The notes beneath the pieces were generated by a model. That model searched no databases. It was not told where the DNA came from and saw only the letters and a program-made list of their open reading frames with translations. Of a stretch of DNA of 64,000 nt, positions 21,017 to 32,485 are shown piece by piece (within the stretch, counting starts at the first letter, position 1; every line of letters starts with the position of its first letter). Position numbers and translations under genes: made by a program. The DNA is from an uncultured Nitrososphaerales archaeon (GTDB lineage Archaea; Thermoproteota; Nitrososphaeria; Nitrososphaerales; Nitrososphaeraceae), in NCBI GenBank assembly GCA_963709405.1, contig CAVPXM010000030.1, positions 96,001 through 160,000 of the forward strand, read 5' to 3'.

Positions 21017-23164
21017 ATGGAACAGTTGAGCCCTGAATTTTCATTTCAGTCCGAATCTAGACGAGAAGGGGTATTGGAATCAGCTTCTAGACGAGTTAGA
21101 ATGATATTTTCAGTTATGGCGAGTCCTAATCGGATTGATATACTCAGGATTTTGAATTCCAAAGGACCACTTACGTATTCTGAATTGAAATCTCTTGCTG
21201 GATTCAAATCCAAAAAGGAGTCTGGTAAATTTGCTTATCACCTTAGAAAGCTGTTAAGACAATCACTCGTAGCTCTAAATAAATCTGAGCGTAGATATAC
21301 CATTACTAATTTAGGCAAACTGGTGTTGAGTTTAGCCAGACAGATTGAAGAACGATCTATAGTTGAGAGTGGTAAAATGTATGTTAGAACCTCTCGACAT
21401 TCAATTGAAGAATTTGATGCTCACAAGATAATACAATCCCTTGTCAGAGAAGCCAACATGCCACTTGAACAAGCACATAAAATTACTGAAGAAGTTGAGA
21501 ACAAGATCTATAAATTTCAAACTTCATATCTCACCTCATCATTAATCAGAGAAACCGTGAATTCAGTCTTGGTGGAGCACGGATACGAAGACTATCGAAA
21601 CAAATTAGCCAGACTTGGTATGCCTACATCAGATATCATTGAGATGCTAAGCAGTATCGATAAGCTTAAGAATGGAATGGATAGCGTCTTTTCAAAGGTG
21701 TCTCATTCGTTATTCTCAGAGCACCTTTTGAATAATGTGCTTCCGAAGGATATCGCAGATATGCATTTGGCTGGCGAGTTAAACATATCTAATAGTGGAA
21801 CCTGGGCATTAATACCCGATAGTATTTTCCTAAATGTCAGCGACCTATGCGCAGATGGCCTGAATCTCAAAGGTAAATTCTTAAACGTTTCAAGATTGGC
21901 TAACCTTCGGAGTTCTGACGACTTTGTAAGCACACTTTCAATGCTAATTTCACTTCTGAGCAGAGAAGCTTCTACAGAAATTATAATGGATGGAGTAGCT
22001 CAGAAGCTGCTAGAATCATCAGATCACTTAGGAGGAATTGCGTCACTATTCTCTAAAGTTCTTATAGAATCTTCGTCATCACCATCGTACTCAGCTTCTG
22101 GATTACCTCTTGCTACGATAACCATACCCATGGAAGAATTTGATGACAAATTTATCGATGAGCTGTTATGTGGTTATTCAAAATATGCTGATTGTACGCC
22201 CATGCCTAGACTAGGTCTAGAATTGATTCACGATACTAACAGCCACAAATTTAGTCTCCATTCAGAACAAATTGCCTCAACCATAAGGCTAGGTGGGATC
22301 ATCTCTGTTTCTAGAGACGGGACGAGATCTAACACTGGAGTCAGAAAATTCCTAGGCGACAAGATTTCAAACACAGTCATAACTTTGCAGTCTTTATCAA
22401 TTAATCTCCCTAGGATTGCCTATCAATCAAATAAGGACGAGACTTATTTTCGTGCTAGGCTTGCCATGCTGATGAAGCCAGCTTTTATGGCGATGTCAAT
22501 TAGAAAAAAGATTATTACTGATCTGATTCTTAAGGGAATGCTCCCCATAATTGCAAGTAGCGCGAAATTTATGGAAGTAGGTGTTACGAATGCAATAATC
22601 AACTTGGCAGGGACTCGGGAGGCTGTTTATGATATTCTGGGATATGATGCCAATAACAACGGCCCAGAAATTTTACACAAAGTAATAAGGACTGCTGTGG
22701 ATGTGGCGATAGATCAAGCAAGGCAAATGGGCGAAGAAACTGTAGGAGTTGCTATGATTAATGATAATGGTAACTCTAGATTCGCTAGTCTGGATTCTGA
22801 CAAGTATGGCAAAAGTCTTGTACTTTCACCAAACCAAGAGTATAGTGTTTATTCCCAAGGGATGCAATTAAACAGCCGCAAATTATTATCTGCTGATGAC
22901 GCTCATCAGTTAATCGAAGAATTTAATACAATAGATACGCTGCTTAATGGAGGATTATCTGTTGACATCGATTTTAGCGATATGCCTTCCGTTCTAGATA
23001 TAAAGAAGGCATTAGAAATTGCTTCAGATTTAAACTACATGCGGCCCATTTTAAAGATTATGATATGCAATACATGTGGAAGGAAGTCAACTGCATTGAA
23101 TAGCGCGAATTGTGTCTTTTGCGGTTCTCCATCGATATTCCAAACTAAGTCTGTGACTCTATAG
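21017..23164 (+). CDS. ArsR-like wHTH + ATP-cone + class III RNR (NrdD)-like fold + Zn ribbon; catalytic residues appear absent
   Basis: RIDILRIL..FAYHLRKL (wHTH), VRTSRHSIEEFDAHKI (ATP cone), SINLPRIAY, RFASLD..KYG, CxxC..CxxC; no RxxGY motif. Confidence 0.85.
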   Translation: MEQLSPEFSFQSESRREGVLESASRRVRMIFSVMASPNRIDILRILNSKGPLTYSELKSLAGFKSKKESGKFAYHLRKLLRQSLVALNKSERRYTITNLGKLVLSLARQIEERSIVESGKMYVRTSRHSIEEFDAHKIIQSLVREANMPLEQAHKITEEVENKIYKFQTSYLTSSLIRETVNSVLVEHGYEDYRNKLARLGMPTSDIIEMLSSIDKLKNGMDSVFSKVSHSLFSEHLLNNVLPKDIADMHLAGELNISNSGTWALIPDSIFLNVSDLCADGLNLKGKFLNVSRLANLRSSDDFVSTLSMLISLLSREASTEIIMDGVAQKLLESSDHLGGIASLFSKVLIESSSSPSYSASGLPLATITIPMEEFDDKFIDELLCGYSKYADCTPMPRLGLELIHDTNSHKFSLHSEQIASTIRLGGIISVSRDGTRSNTGVRKFLGDKISNTVITLQSLSINLPRIAYQSNKDETYFRARLAMLMKPAFMAMSIRKKIITDLILKGMLPIIASSAKFMEVGVTNAIINLAGTREAVYDILGYDANNNGPEILHKVIRTAVDVAIDQARQMGEETVGVAMINDNGNSRFASLDSDKYGKSLVLSPNQEYSVYSQGMQLNSRKLLSADDAHQLIEEFNTIDTLLNGGLSVDIDFSDMPSVLDIKKALEIASDLNYMRPILKIMICNTCGRKSTALNSANCVFCGSPSIFQTKSVTL

Positions 23165-23174
23165 ATTAAGATAA

Positions 23175-24228
23175 TAGATCTCTTGCGTAATTAGAAGCTT
23201 ACAGCTATATTCGACGTCATATAGGATATTTATGTGATATCTCTTTGATGTCATATAGAAGACTATGCAAAAAGCCTTTGTTATTCAGGTCACTTACTGG
23301 ACTAACTGTACCAGAATTTGATCAAATAAGCACAGAAATGGACTCGAAATATGAGGAATATGAAAGAAGACGTCTTTCTAAAAGGAAGAGGAAAAGAGAT
23401 GTTGGTGCCGGTAGACCGTTTAAACTGAAACCAAGAGAAAGACTTCTAATGCTTTTGGTTTATTATCGATTGTACATTACATATGCATTATCGGGATTTC
23501 TATTTGATCTTGACCAGAGCAATGTATTTAGAGATTTGACTATCCTAGAATCTTTGCTAAAGGAGTGTATTCCATTGCCAAAGAAGATATACAAACGTAC
23601 TAAGAGATTAAGAACTATAGAGGAAGTTGAACAGTACTTCCCTGGATTCAAGGCTTTCATAGACTCTACAGAACAGGAGATTCCAAGACCTAAGAACAAG
23701 AGAAAGAGAAAGAGTTACTATTCAGGTAGAAAGAGGAAACATACTGTCAAGACACAATTGATGGTTAATACTGAAGGTTTGATCCTGCATAAGACAGGTC
23801 ACAGGAATGGAAGAAAACAACATGATTATGACATTTACAAACACAATCATCCTACTATAACTCCATCACAAGTTGACAATATAGTTGATCTTGGTTATCT
23901 TGGTATTGAAAAGGACTTTCCCACAGTAAAGTCTGTACTTCCCATTAGAAAGAAAAAGAATACCTTGCTTTCAAATGACGATATGAGATACAACAAGAAT
24001 CACTCAAGACTCAGGATCATAGTAGAACACACCATATGCAAGATCAAGAAGTTTGGAATAATGGGTACTAAGTTCAGAAACAAACTAAGAAGGTACAATA
24101 ACATATCTGATATTGTATCCGGTATACTGAACTTCAGAGTGATGCAGTCTAACAGGATTTCAATCTAAGAATACAGTCAAAATAGGCAGCATTAATAGAT
24201 CATAACTGCTAATTACGCAAGAGATCTA
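23175..24228 (+). mobile_element. IS5-family (ISL2/IS1381-like) insertion sequence
   Basis: TIRs tagatctcttgcgtaattag / ctaattacgcaagagatcta; probable TA target. Confidence 0.9.
23245..24168 (+). CDS. transposase (HTH_Tnp_4 + DDE_Tnp_4 type)
   Basis: FRSLTGL, IDSTEQ, YYSGRKRKH, DLGYLG, RIIVEHTI. Confidence 0.9.
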   Translation: MMSYRRLCKKPLLFRSLTGLTVPEFDQISTEMDSKYEEYERRRLSKRKRKRDVGAGRPFKLKPRERLLMLLVYYRLYITYALSGFLFDLDQSNVFRDLTILESLLKECIPLPKKIYKRTKRLRTIEEVEQYFPGFKAFIDSTEQEIPRPKNKRKRKSYYSGRKRKHTVKTQLMVNTEGLILHKTGHRNGRKQHDYDIYKHNHPTITPSQVDNIVDLGYLGIEKDFPTVKSVLPIRKKKNTLLSNDDMRYNKNHSRLRIIVEHTICKIKKFGIMGTKFRNKLRRYNNISDIVSGILNFRVMQSNRISI

Positions 24229-24327
24229 TTGACTATGAATCTCGTGCGAGACATTAGGATCAGCTGAATGCTCAAAAGCTGGGACTACCAGAATCCACGA
24301 ATTCGGATTGTACAACGCGCTGATATT

Positions 24328-25062
24328 TCAGCTCTTATTGTCCCATAAAGTAGTTTGGGCGGTGATATCTAAATCTCTGACAACTACACGATCTAGAATC
24401 TCTCTTACTTTGATTGCACGTGCTGTTCCAAAACCGGAAATCCTCCCAAGCTCTGCAATAGTCGCATTCAATGCTCTATTGGGCGTTTTAAATTTTTGAA
24501 GCATTTTAATTGCCATCTTATCTCCTATGCCCGGTATTGAAGTTAAGATCGAAAGCTGTTGAAAATAGATTGGCTTTTCCTTTTTTATTTTTCTCAATAA
24601 CGGACCAGTGTCTCCTTCGCTCTGTTGAGCAATTTTCGCCATAAGAATAAGTAATTGTGATGTATATTCCGCAGAGGGTGTATGAATCATCGGAATTCTA
24701 AAATTCAACGCTATCTTTGTTAGTGTTTGATATGCTAGAGGCAGTCTTTCTAGCAAGATTTTTAACTGCTTATCATTTGCTATTCCAACTGGAATATCTG
24801 CGAGATCTAATATGTTACCCTCGATAACAAGCACCGGTTTGGAATAATATTGGTTTAAATCCGAACACTGCAAAAATAATCTTCCATCATAAATAGAGTC
24901 GATTAGATCATTGATGGTCTTTCTTTCAATGGCGGTTGCAGATGATGTTATGTAGTCACCTACTTTCAATTGTGCAAAGTCAACTCGAACTCCAGCATCC
25001 CGTAATAACTTAGGTATTCGACTGTTACGTTCTCTCTCATCAACTACAATTCTAACAAGCAT
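24328..25062 (-). CDS. xpf: XPF/ERCC4 structure-specific endonuclease
   Basis: VVDERE, GDY, ERKT, C-terminal HhH motifs (IPGIG, ISGFG). Confidence 0.9.
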   Translation of the reverse strand: MLVRIVVDERERNSRIPKLLRDAGVRVDFAQLKVGDYITSSATAIERKTINDLIDSIYDGRLFLQCSDLNQYYSKPVLVIEGNILDLADIPVGIANDKQLKILLERLPLAYQTLTKIALNFRIPMIHTPSAEYTSQLLILMAKIAQQSEGDTGPLLRKIKKEKPIYFQQLSILTSIPGIGDKMAIKMLQKFKTPNRALNATIAELGRISGFGTARAIKVREILDRVVVRDLDITAQTTLWDNKS

Positions 25063-25164
25063 TATTATTCAATTGTCGAGCATCTTAACGTTAACTAACT
25101 GAGGTTCGGTAGATTGTCAATCACAGAATATGTTTCTTGAGTAGTCGATGATTGGAGGTTTGCT

Positions 25165-25563
25165 CTATTCGTTTTGAATTTTCGAATTAGGTACAGAGCT
25201 ACCGATAGTTCCTTGAGCCCCAGCAATCATTTGATTTATCTTAGCTTCGACTTCTTTTAGATTATCTTTAACCCTTGTCTCCTGCTTTGTTAAAACCATT
25301 AATCTAGTATTTGATAACTCTTTCTTTTCTTCAAGTTCCTTTGATACCTCATCCTTCTTAGCTCTAACGAGCAAAGGCCCAGCGTTTTTATAGACAGTAT
25401 CGTCCGGACCTATCTTTTTTAACTCGTCTATTGCTCTACCAATTTCCACGGCTTCTATTTCCACTTGTTGTTTTTGCATCATGATAGCTTGCAAGTTCTG
25501 TTGAAGCTGTTGCAGGCGCGATACTTGCTCTCTGAGCCATGGTGGAAGTTCTTGTTCACTCAT
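25165..25563 (-). CDS. pfdB: prefoldin beta subunit
   Basis: LPPWLREQ..LQQLQQ, VYKNAGPLLV; exosome-operon context. Confidence 0.95.
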   Translation of the reverse strand: MSEQELPPWLREQVSRLQQLQQNLQAIMMQKQQVEIEAVEIGRAIDELKKIGPDDTVYKNAGPLLVRAKKDEVSKELEEKKELSNTRLMVLTKQETRVKDNLKEVEAKINQMIAGAQGTIGSSVPNSKIQNE

Positions 25564-26108
25564 GATACTATGATATGAAGAGTATTATAAATACCAAATG
25601 TGCGGCTTGCATCTAAGCCAAGCTCTTTGTTTACACATATAAAAGCGGTTTATCTGGCAGTTATCCACAAAATAATCAAGTGCAGATTCGTATTGTATAT
25701 TTGGCAGCATCAATTATCTCGTTGAGTGGGAACGCTCATGTTCTGATTACTAGGCTGGGGAACAATATCCACTCTTCAAATCAAGTAGTGGAAAATACTC
25801 TGACACTATTATCACTTTCTATATTCAAAAGATAAGAAAATTGTTCTATCCTAGGTAATGTTTGAAACAAGAATAATGATGTGGTCATGCCAACATGTGA
25901 CTTTAGAATTAATCATTGCCACGTGTGATATTACAGGCTAGAAGTAGCGTTCGGATACTATTCTTCTTGCCCAATAATACACTGGAGATTATTAGTATCC
26001 TTTATGCTCGTGAATAATTAAATATTCCCCTTAATTGTTAACCAGTTAAGAGTAAAATGGAATGGACATTGGTAAATATTTGCCTACATGTCTAATAAGC
26101 TCTCAAGG

Positions 26109-26384
26109 TCAATCTAAAATCGATTGATACGCCATATTTACAAGCCGAAGATACGAATTAACACATGCTCTGAAATCAGCCATGTTTGTCGCTGCGATTT
26201 CAATAAATAATTCAGAGTTCCGTGCTGAAATTTTACTCTTTGTGGCTAACTTCGATGTGAATTGAGTTTCTGATTTCAAGGACGAGCAGACAGATTTTGC
26301 AATGCTAGTTGATTTAGGGCATTTGGGGTCGAAAGAAAAAGTTAATGCTGTTTTGAAATCTCTAGAGACTGACTTCGTACGCAC
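26109..26384 (-). CDS. pcc1: KEOPS complex Pcc1-like subunit
   Basis: FRACVNSYLRL motif and position after L37Ae; start uncertain (GTG at 26384). Confidence 0.75.
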   Translation of the reverse strand: MRTKSVSRDFKTALTFSFDPKCPKSTSIAKSVCSSLKSETQFTSKLATKSKISARNSELFIEIAATNMADFRACVNSYLRLVNMAYQSILD

Positions 26385-26586
26385 CGGATGCAATTTTATA
26401 ATTACACTTTCGACAATGCCAAATTCCCAATGCAATCCTACGAAATTGTAACGAGCCACACGAAGGGCAACGTCTCTTTTCATTTAGTGTTTTGTATGCC
26501 ATTCCATACCTCTTGCGGAGGGTTGCACCAAATTTAATTCCCAGTCCCTTCAACGAGCTAGATCTATGCTTTTTTCTACTCACCAA
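26362..26586 (-). CDS. rpl37ae: 50S ribosomal protein L37Ae (eL43)
   Basis: KFGATLRK, CPSC...GIWHCRKC, SGAY. Confidence 0.95.
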   Translation of the reverse strand: MVSRKKHRSSSLKGLGIKFGATLRKRYGMAYKTLNEKRRCPSCGSLQFRRIALGIWHCRKCNYKIASGAYEVSL

Positions 26587-27403
26587 TTCTGGTAATCTCC
26601 TTTATCTTACTTCGTACTTGTTCTCCCTTTACCCTTGCCGTTTCCGAGAGACTCTTAATTTGTTCGGTACTAAATGTCCCTGTAGCACCCTTCTGGACCG
26701 CAGTGAATTTGCTATCTGAATTAGTGGTAATAGTAATCCTTGCATCCATGCATGCTTCTTCCTCCGCAGTTGGATCCAAAACTATTGAATCACCAATTCT
26801 CGCAGCAGTAATCGATATAGGTATTGTCGTCACAGGTGCAGGCTGTGTGTCGCCAGTATCGATTACTTTATTATCATGAATTTCAAAGATGGGAAGTTTG
26901 CAGCTCATTAATGCCGAAACCACGGCATACGACGTGCAATCAAACAAATTGCCATCTGCGTTAATTATGCTACAGTCGACAAATATTGTATAGACAATTT
27001 CTCCTGGAACTAGAACCAATTTATCAAGGTCAATCATTTCAGACTCTCTAACTCCTCTATCCACTACCCTTGCTAATTCTACAGTTTCTTCATCGGGGGG
27101 ACCAGGCTCAATATAGGGGGAAGCAGTAGGGAGCACTTCTGCAGACACAATCAAAGCTCCTTTGTTTTCCAATCCTTCAAATGGTTCACCAGTTTCAACT
27201 TTTATGCCAGCCACTACCTCCGAATTCCCCAAATTAACCTTTGCAGATCCATTTGCTTTTTTTATAATATCTAGTTCAATATTCAATGCCCTTAATTCAT
27301 CTAGATTCCTGCCGTCCAGTCTCTTACCGTTTGAGATAGCTTCCCACATTTGTTGTTTGCGCAGATGTTCTACAATTAATGTCGATCGCTTGGAGGAGCT
27401 CAT
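26576..27403 (-). CDS. rrp42: exosome complex component Rrp42
   Basis: [27 protein letters not shown]. Confidence 0.95.
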   Translation of the reverse strand: MSSSKRSTLIVEHLRKQQMWEAISNGKRLDGRNLDELRALNIELDIIKKANGSAKVNLGNSEVVAGIKVETGEPFEGLENKGALIVSAEVLPTASPYIEPGPPDEETVELARVVDRGVRESEMIDLDKLVLVPGEIVYTIFVDCSIINADGNLFDCTSYAVVSALMSCKLPIFEIHDNKVIDTGDTQPAPVTTIPISITAARIGDSIVLDPTAEEEACMDARITITTNSDSKFTAVQKGATGTFSTEQIKSLSETARVKGEQVRSKIKEITRIGE

Positions 27404-28143
27404 TGATCGTCTCTTACCTCCTCGGACTCGCTACCAAAATACCTCTTCATCAAAGCTGATCTTTGGATTTCATAAATCGACTTGCAGCCATTTAGTGCTT
27501 TATCTAGGCATTCATTAAATTGCTCACTATTCAATATACCGTCTAGCTGCAATAGGGTGATCTGATTCAAATGGGGCATGTACGCGACTGGCATGTCAGC
27601 TCCGCCCTCCTTGTCTTCGGTGTCGTTTATGTCAAGTACTATCCTTTCATCAACTTTACCAGCTGCACAGGCTGTTACCATATCTCTCATGTTTATTCCA
27701 GCATCTGCGAGAGCCACGGATGCAGCTACGATTCCAGCGCATCTCGATCCACCATCTGCTTGCAATACTTCAACGAAAACGTCTATTGCTGCTCTGGGAT
27801 AATCTTCTAGCATTAATGCCGGCTCAAGTGCCTCTCTCATAACTTTCGAGATTTCAACTTCCCTTCTAGACGGGGCAGGATTTTTACGCGTGTCAGTTGA
27901 GAATGGGGACATGTGGTATCTGCATCTCAGTACACATCTATCAGGCAGGGCCATATGTTTGGGGTGTACTTCTCGAGGACCATACACCGCCACTATGATC
28001 TTATTGTTACCAAATTCTATAAAGGCAGAACCATCAGCATTTTTCAGGACCCCTACTTGTATTTTAATTTCACGCAATTCATCTGGAGTTCGACCATCAG
28101 TGCGTAATCCGCGGTCGTCTATTAAACTTCTTGTTTGGGTCAT
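27400..28143 (-). CDS. rrp41: exosome complex exonuclease Rrp41
   Basis: [32 protein letters not shown]. Confidence 0.97.
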   Translation of the reverse strand: MTQTRSLIDDRGLRTDGRTPDELREIKIQVGVLKNADGSAFIEFGNNKIIVAVYGPREVHPKHMALPDRCVLRCRYHMSPFSTDTRKNPAPSRREVEISKVMREALEPALMLEDYPRAAIDVFVEVLQADGGSRCAGIVAASVALADAGINMRDMVTACAAGKVDERIVLDINDTEDKEGGADMPVAYMPHLNQITLLQLDGILNSEQFNECLDKALNGCKSIYEIQRSALMKRYFGSESEEVRDDQ

Positions 28144-28916
28144 TGTCCTGTCTCCGTTTCTGATCCAAATTCATCTGCTTTTACACTAGATTCCTTCTGA
28201 TTTTCGTGTAATTGATTGACTTGGACATCAACCTGAGAACCTTCTGACACGTTAAGTAATATCTTAATTCTCTGCGTTAAATTTGACATATGTGCTTCTT
28301 CTTCAACCATTTTGATAGCTCTGATGGCTAACTGTGTCCCATCTAAACGCTTACCTGTAACAACAATAATGCCGTTTTGACCAATCATAATTCTAGTTTG
28401 AGTAGCTTGTTCGATAGTCTGAATCATAGATCCTCGCTTTCCTATCAAACGCGGAACTCGCGTTGCAGATATACTTAATAATTCACCACGTGGAATTTTC
28501 CCCAAGTCTTTATCTTGTACAGTCAGCATTGGATCCCTTGTACGATCAAATGCGATAATTCGTGCTGTGATGAGATCCCCGGTCGATAATTGCCTGTTCA
28601 TATCGTCTCGAGCAGGAGAAAAATCTCTCCCGAAAACGTCTTGGGCAGGTAGGTGAGCAGAAAAACACGAATTAATATCTACTTCCCACGATAATGATGA
28701 ATGATCTGTGATTTTTCCTAGCACGATGTCATTTACTCGTGGTATGTAAACACCAGATAACGGTATGACTTTGATCCCGTCTCTCCCTGCCTCTGCAATT
28801 CCTATCCTCGTTGCAATAATGGAATTGCCTGTCTTGATCACATTCATTAAAGGCCTGAAGTTCCCTTCGATAATTTTGTCGCCAGGAACTACGTATTTTC
28901 GTTTGATTTCCTGCAT
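28140..28916 (-). CDS. rrp4: exosome RNA-binding protein Rrp4
   Basis: S1 and KH domains ([16 protein letters not shown]). Confidence 0.95.
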   Translation of the reverse strand: MQEIKRKYVVPGDKIIEGNFRPLMNVIKTGNSIIATRIGIAEAGRDGIKVIPLSGVYIPRVNDIVLGKITDHSSLSWEVDINSCFSAHLPAQDVFGRDFSPARDDMNRQLSTGDLITARIIAFDRTRDPMLTVQDKDLGKIPRGELLSISATRVPRLIGKRGSMIQTIEQATQTRIMIGQNGIIVVTGKRLDGTQLAIRAIKMVEEEAHMSNLTQRIKILLNVSEGSQVDVQVNQLHENQKESSVKADEFGSETETGQ

Positions 28917-29028
28917 GATGCTAACAGGTCACCTCCTCCTGACTCGGTTCATGCCAAATGATTATTTTCATTCTATGCATTTGGTCTATAGGATGGGACT
29001 TATATGAAGTGTACGGATTGATCTATTC

Positions 29029-29721
29029 TTATTTTTGCTCTGTTATCGAAGCAGTTCCTTTGGTTATGGATCCTATTCTATCCACCAAGTCACCCTTCAT
29101 TCCAGCATTGGTTTCTAACAATATTTTTAACGAACCATCTGCAAGCCACTGCTCTCCTTTGAGACTACCAACAGTCTTCAGGGCACTGTAAGATTGCGCC
29201 GCATATGACGACGGGACTGTTATCGTTAATAAGAGGTTTTCTGATTTAAGGGGTAAAATCTTCCTGACAGCATCTATCACATTTTTTGCTTGATCTTCAG
29301 CTTTCTTATATGGATCAATTACAGTTCTCACTTCATTCATTGCGCTAGTAATTCGGAGAGGTGGATGTGGTAAGTGAGTTCTGGGGTCAACAAAATTCTT
29401 ACTAATATACTGAACAATCTGTTTTTTCTTTTCTTCTATCATTCTTCTTCGCTGTTCAGTTGTAAGACTATGTTCGCCACGAAGAAGAATTTGCTTAGCA
29501 ACCTCAATTGAATCGCTAGTTTTAAAATACTTAGACAGCTTTTCACTGCCTGCTCGTAGTCCTTTATTTGCATCTGTATAAATTTCATCAGATACAAGAA
29601 CATTTGATAGGTCGTGCCTTTTGCCGAGTTTATATTCTAAAGCTGGATCAGGCTTCACCAATATTTCAAATTTGTTATTTTCCAAAATTAGCCGAACTAC
29701 GGTGAACTTACTCTCTGGCAC
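29029..29721 (-). CDS. ribosome maturation factor SBDS/Sdo1
   Basis: KFEILV, IYTDANKG, DPRTHLPHPPLRI. Confidence 0.95.
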   Translation of the reverse strand: MPESKFTVVRLILENNKFEILVKPDPALEYKLGKRHDLSNVLVSDEIYTDANKGLRAGSEKLSKYFKTSDSIEVAKQILLRGEHSLTTEQRRRMIEEKKKQIVQYISKNFVDPRTHLPHPPLRITSAMNEVRTVIDPYKKAEDQAKNVIDAVRKILPLKSENLLLTITVPSSYAAQSYSALKTVGSLKGEQWLADGSLKILLETNAGMKGDLVDRIGSITKGTASITEQK

Positions 29722-29823
29722 TAATTAAGTAAAATTGAATCCAAAATAAAAGTATATACCTATTACCTTGTCTGTTAGGCGTTCAAAAATTCAAGTCAAG
29801 TTAGTCAAAAAATATTGGGAAAG

Positions 29824-31362
29824 TCATTCTGTAACGTATGCTCTTTCTCCATGTTGAGTCAAGTCCAAGCCAATCTCCTCCTCCTTTGGAGTAACTCTAA
29901 TTCCACCTGGCCACACGACGTCCATGACCTTTATTATAACTGCAGTAATACCCATACACCATGCAAGAGCTGCGAAGGCGCCAATTGCATTGTTTAAGAG
30001 TTGCTGTGGATTTCCGAATGCTAGCCCATTAGCAATCGGAGTGTACATTTTTTGGGCAAAGATTCCCGTGAGTAGTGCTCCCACAAGTCCGCCCATTCCA
30101 TGTACGCCCCACGTATCAAGGGCATCATCCCATTTGCGTTTATTCTTAAACATGACCGCTGCATAGCATACGATAGATGCAACTATTCCAATAATAACAG
30201 ACGCCATAGGACCAACATATCCAGATGCAGGAGTGATTGCAACTAAGCCAGCCACCGCCCCAGATGCTGCACCTACAGTCGACGCTCTACCGGTATGAGC
30301 CCAAGAAATCAACATCCATGTTACCGCAGCCATGCCAGTTGCTATTTGCGTAGCAACAAATGCACTCGTTGCATTTGTTCCTGCCCATGCTGCAGAACCA
30401 GCATTGAAGCCAAACCAACCAAACCATAGTAAAGCCGCGCCGAGCACTATCAGTGTTATATTATGGGGCTCCATTGGAATCTTGCCATATCCCAACCTTC
30501 TACCAAGCATAAGTGCTATAACTAATCCAGACCAGCCGGAAGTAATATGGATTACAGTTCCTCCTGCAAAGTCTAGTGAGGGAAGAGCACCAGTCCAACC
30601 TACGTGCGTTCCGCCTGATCCCAATGACCATGTCCAGTGAGCAGCAAAGTCGTACACGAATGTGGCCCAGAGCACAATAAAGACCAAAAATGCACTCCAT
30701 TTCATCCTCTCAGCGAGTGCCGCAACGATAAGCGCAGGAGTTATAATAGCGAACATCATTTGAAATATCATGTATGTTTGATGAGGTATAGTCGGTCCAG
30801 CTAGACCTCCATATACGTCCGATGGGACATCGTGTAAAACATATTGTAAGCCTACCCAAGCAAAATTTCCGATGAAACCATTACCCATTGCGTCAGGTCC
30901 GAAAGCTAAGCTGTATCCCCATAAAACCCATTGTATTGCTATTACTCCAGTGGCTATGAACACCATATGAAGTGTATTCACAGCATTTTTCTGTCTAGAA
31001 AGACCTGAATAGAATATCGCTAGTCCGCCTGGGGTCATGATCAACACAAGCGCAGACGCAGCCATCATCCAAGCATTATCTCCTTCGTTTATATCACATG
31101 GTGTCAGGTTTCCATCCTTATCCACCAACAAGGGCTTTGATTTGTCTCCGTTAGGTGTATCAACGCTAACACCCACATGTTTGAAGCAACTGTATGGTAC
31201 TGCAGGATTAGATTTTGTGTAGTTTTCTGTACGCGGATATGCAGGCTGAGCCAGTACATTACTAACTGTGCTAGTTGTTAATAATGCCACCAGGCCAAAG
31301 AAAATACCCACAAATAAAAGGGCTGACCACATCGCTTTCGTATACATTATAAGGCTTTCCAC
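29824..31362 (-). CDS. amt: ammonium transporter Amt
   Basis: FQMMFA, DFAGGTVIH, WFGWFGFN, DDALDTWGVHG, GLDLTQHGERAY. Confidence 0.97.
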   Translation of the reverse strand: MESLIMYTKAMWSALLFVGIFFGLVALLTTSTVSNVLAQPAYPRTENYTKSNPAVPYSCFKHVGVSVDTPNGDKSKPLLVDKDGNLTPCDINEGDNAWMMAASALVLIMTPGGLAIFYSGLSRQKNAVNTLHMVFIATGVIAIQWVLWGYSLAFGPDAMGNGFIGNFAWVGLQYVLHDVPSDVYGGLAGPTIPHQTYMIFQMMFAIITPALIVAALAERMKWSAFLVFIVLWATFVYDFAAHWTWSLGSGGTHVGWTGALPSLDFAGGTVIHITSGWSGLVIALMLGRRLGYGKIPMEPHNITLIVLGAALLWFGWFGFNAGSAAWAGTNATSAFVATQIATGMAAVTWMLISWAHTGRASTVGAASGAVAGLVAITPASGYVGPMASVIIGIVASIVCYAAVMFKNKRKWDDALDTWGVHGMGGLVGALLTGIFAQKMYTPIANGLAFGNPQQLLNNAIGAFAALAWCMGITAVIIKVMDVVWPGGIRVTPKEEEIGLDLTQHGERAYVTE

Positions 31363-31791
31363 GTAGGAGGAAATATAAAAAATATTATAACTTATAATTG
31401 CAAATTATGAGAAAATGAATATCATTATTATATCGTAAAAGTATCTTAGAATGCATAATTTATGATACTTACTATACAGACAAATTATTCAAATTATTTC
31501 TGAAGACTAATTCTAGCATAAAATCTTATTTTTTGGATTAAATATAATACAAAGTGAAGAGAAGCTATGCTTAATTCTATTATAGATTATGTTAGATGTG
31601 AGCATGTCCGACAACTACATTTACTAAATAGAAATATCCTGATACCATTTGCGTCTAAAGATGTCAAGTTAGACCAAGAATAGGATTAGAATTAGCGGTG
31701 TAAATTACTTAACAATTCTTACCTTACCAGTTATTCATGGTAGTAATTTTCGGTAGATTTTTAATACGTACTGAGCAGGTTCTATTAAGGC

Positions 31792-32448
31792 TTGAGTTCC
31801 GCATCTATTGATATACTTGAAAACACCAACGAAAAGATTGTCATAAGATTCAGCAATGCACCGAGACAGTATGTAAATGCGATAAGAAGGATATCTATAA
31901 ACGAAGTTCCTACCTTGGCAATCGACGATGTCGTAATTCTGGAAAACTCTTCAGTGATGCACGATGAAGCTTTAGCTCATAGGTTGGGCCTCATTCCGTT
32001 ACGAACGGACTTGGATAGATTCGTATTGCCTCATGATTGTGATTGTAAGAGTACCTTAGGCTGCTCTAAATGCAGAGTATTACTATCATTGGATTCGGTA
32101 GCCATTGACAAAACTAAGGTAGTCACGTCTAGTGAACTTGTATCCGAGGATGAGATAGTAAAGCCTCTAAGCACGGAAATCCCTATTATCGTTCTTGCAC
32201 CTGCTCAGAAGCTCAAGTTCGAAGCCTACGCTAGGTTAGGTTTTGGAAAGGATCATGCAAAATGGCAGCCTACTTCAGCATCAGTTGTCACCGATGGGAA
32301 AGATGAAAATGAATCTATTTTAACAGTTGAGACGAATGGCGCATTAACAGCGCAGGAAACGATTACCGCTGCGATTAACACGTTAAATTTAAAAATAAAA
32401 AATTTTGCTGAGATCGTCAAATCACTAGAATTATCCAAAACAATTTGA
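31792..32448 (+). CDS. rpoD: RNA polymerase subunit D (Rpo3)
   Basis: [34 protein letters not shown]. Confidence 0.96.
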   Translation: MSSASIDILENTNEKIVIRFSNAPRQYVNAIRRISINEVPTLAIDDVVILENSSVMHDEALAHRLGLIPLRTDLDRFVLPHDCDCKSTLGCSKCRVLLSLDSVAIDKTKVVTSSELVSEDEIVKPLSTEIPIIVLAPAQKLKFEAYARLGFGKDHAKWQPTSASVVTDGKDENESILTVETNGALTAQETITAAINTLNLKIKNFAEIVKSLELSKTI

Positions 32449-32485
32449 ATACATTTATTTATGATTAAATACGATTGACGACTGG

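Noticed and set aside
21017-23164. Functional anaerobic ribonucleotide reductase nrdD
   Set aside because: No glycyl-radical motif, no recognisable finger-loop Cys and no adjacent nrdG
31365-31500. NrpR-type operator in the amt promoter
   Set aside because: No GGAA-N6-TTCC; only AT-rich short palindromes expected by chance
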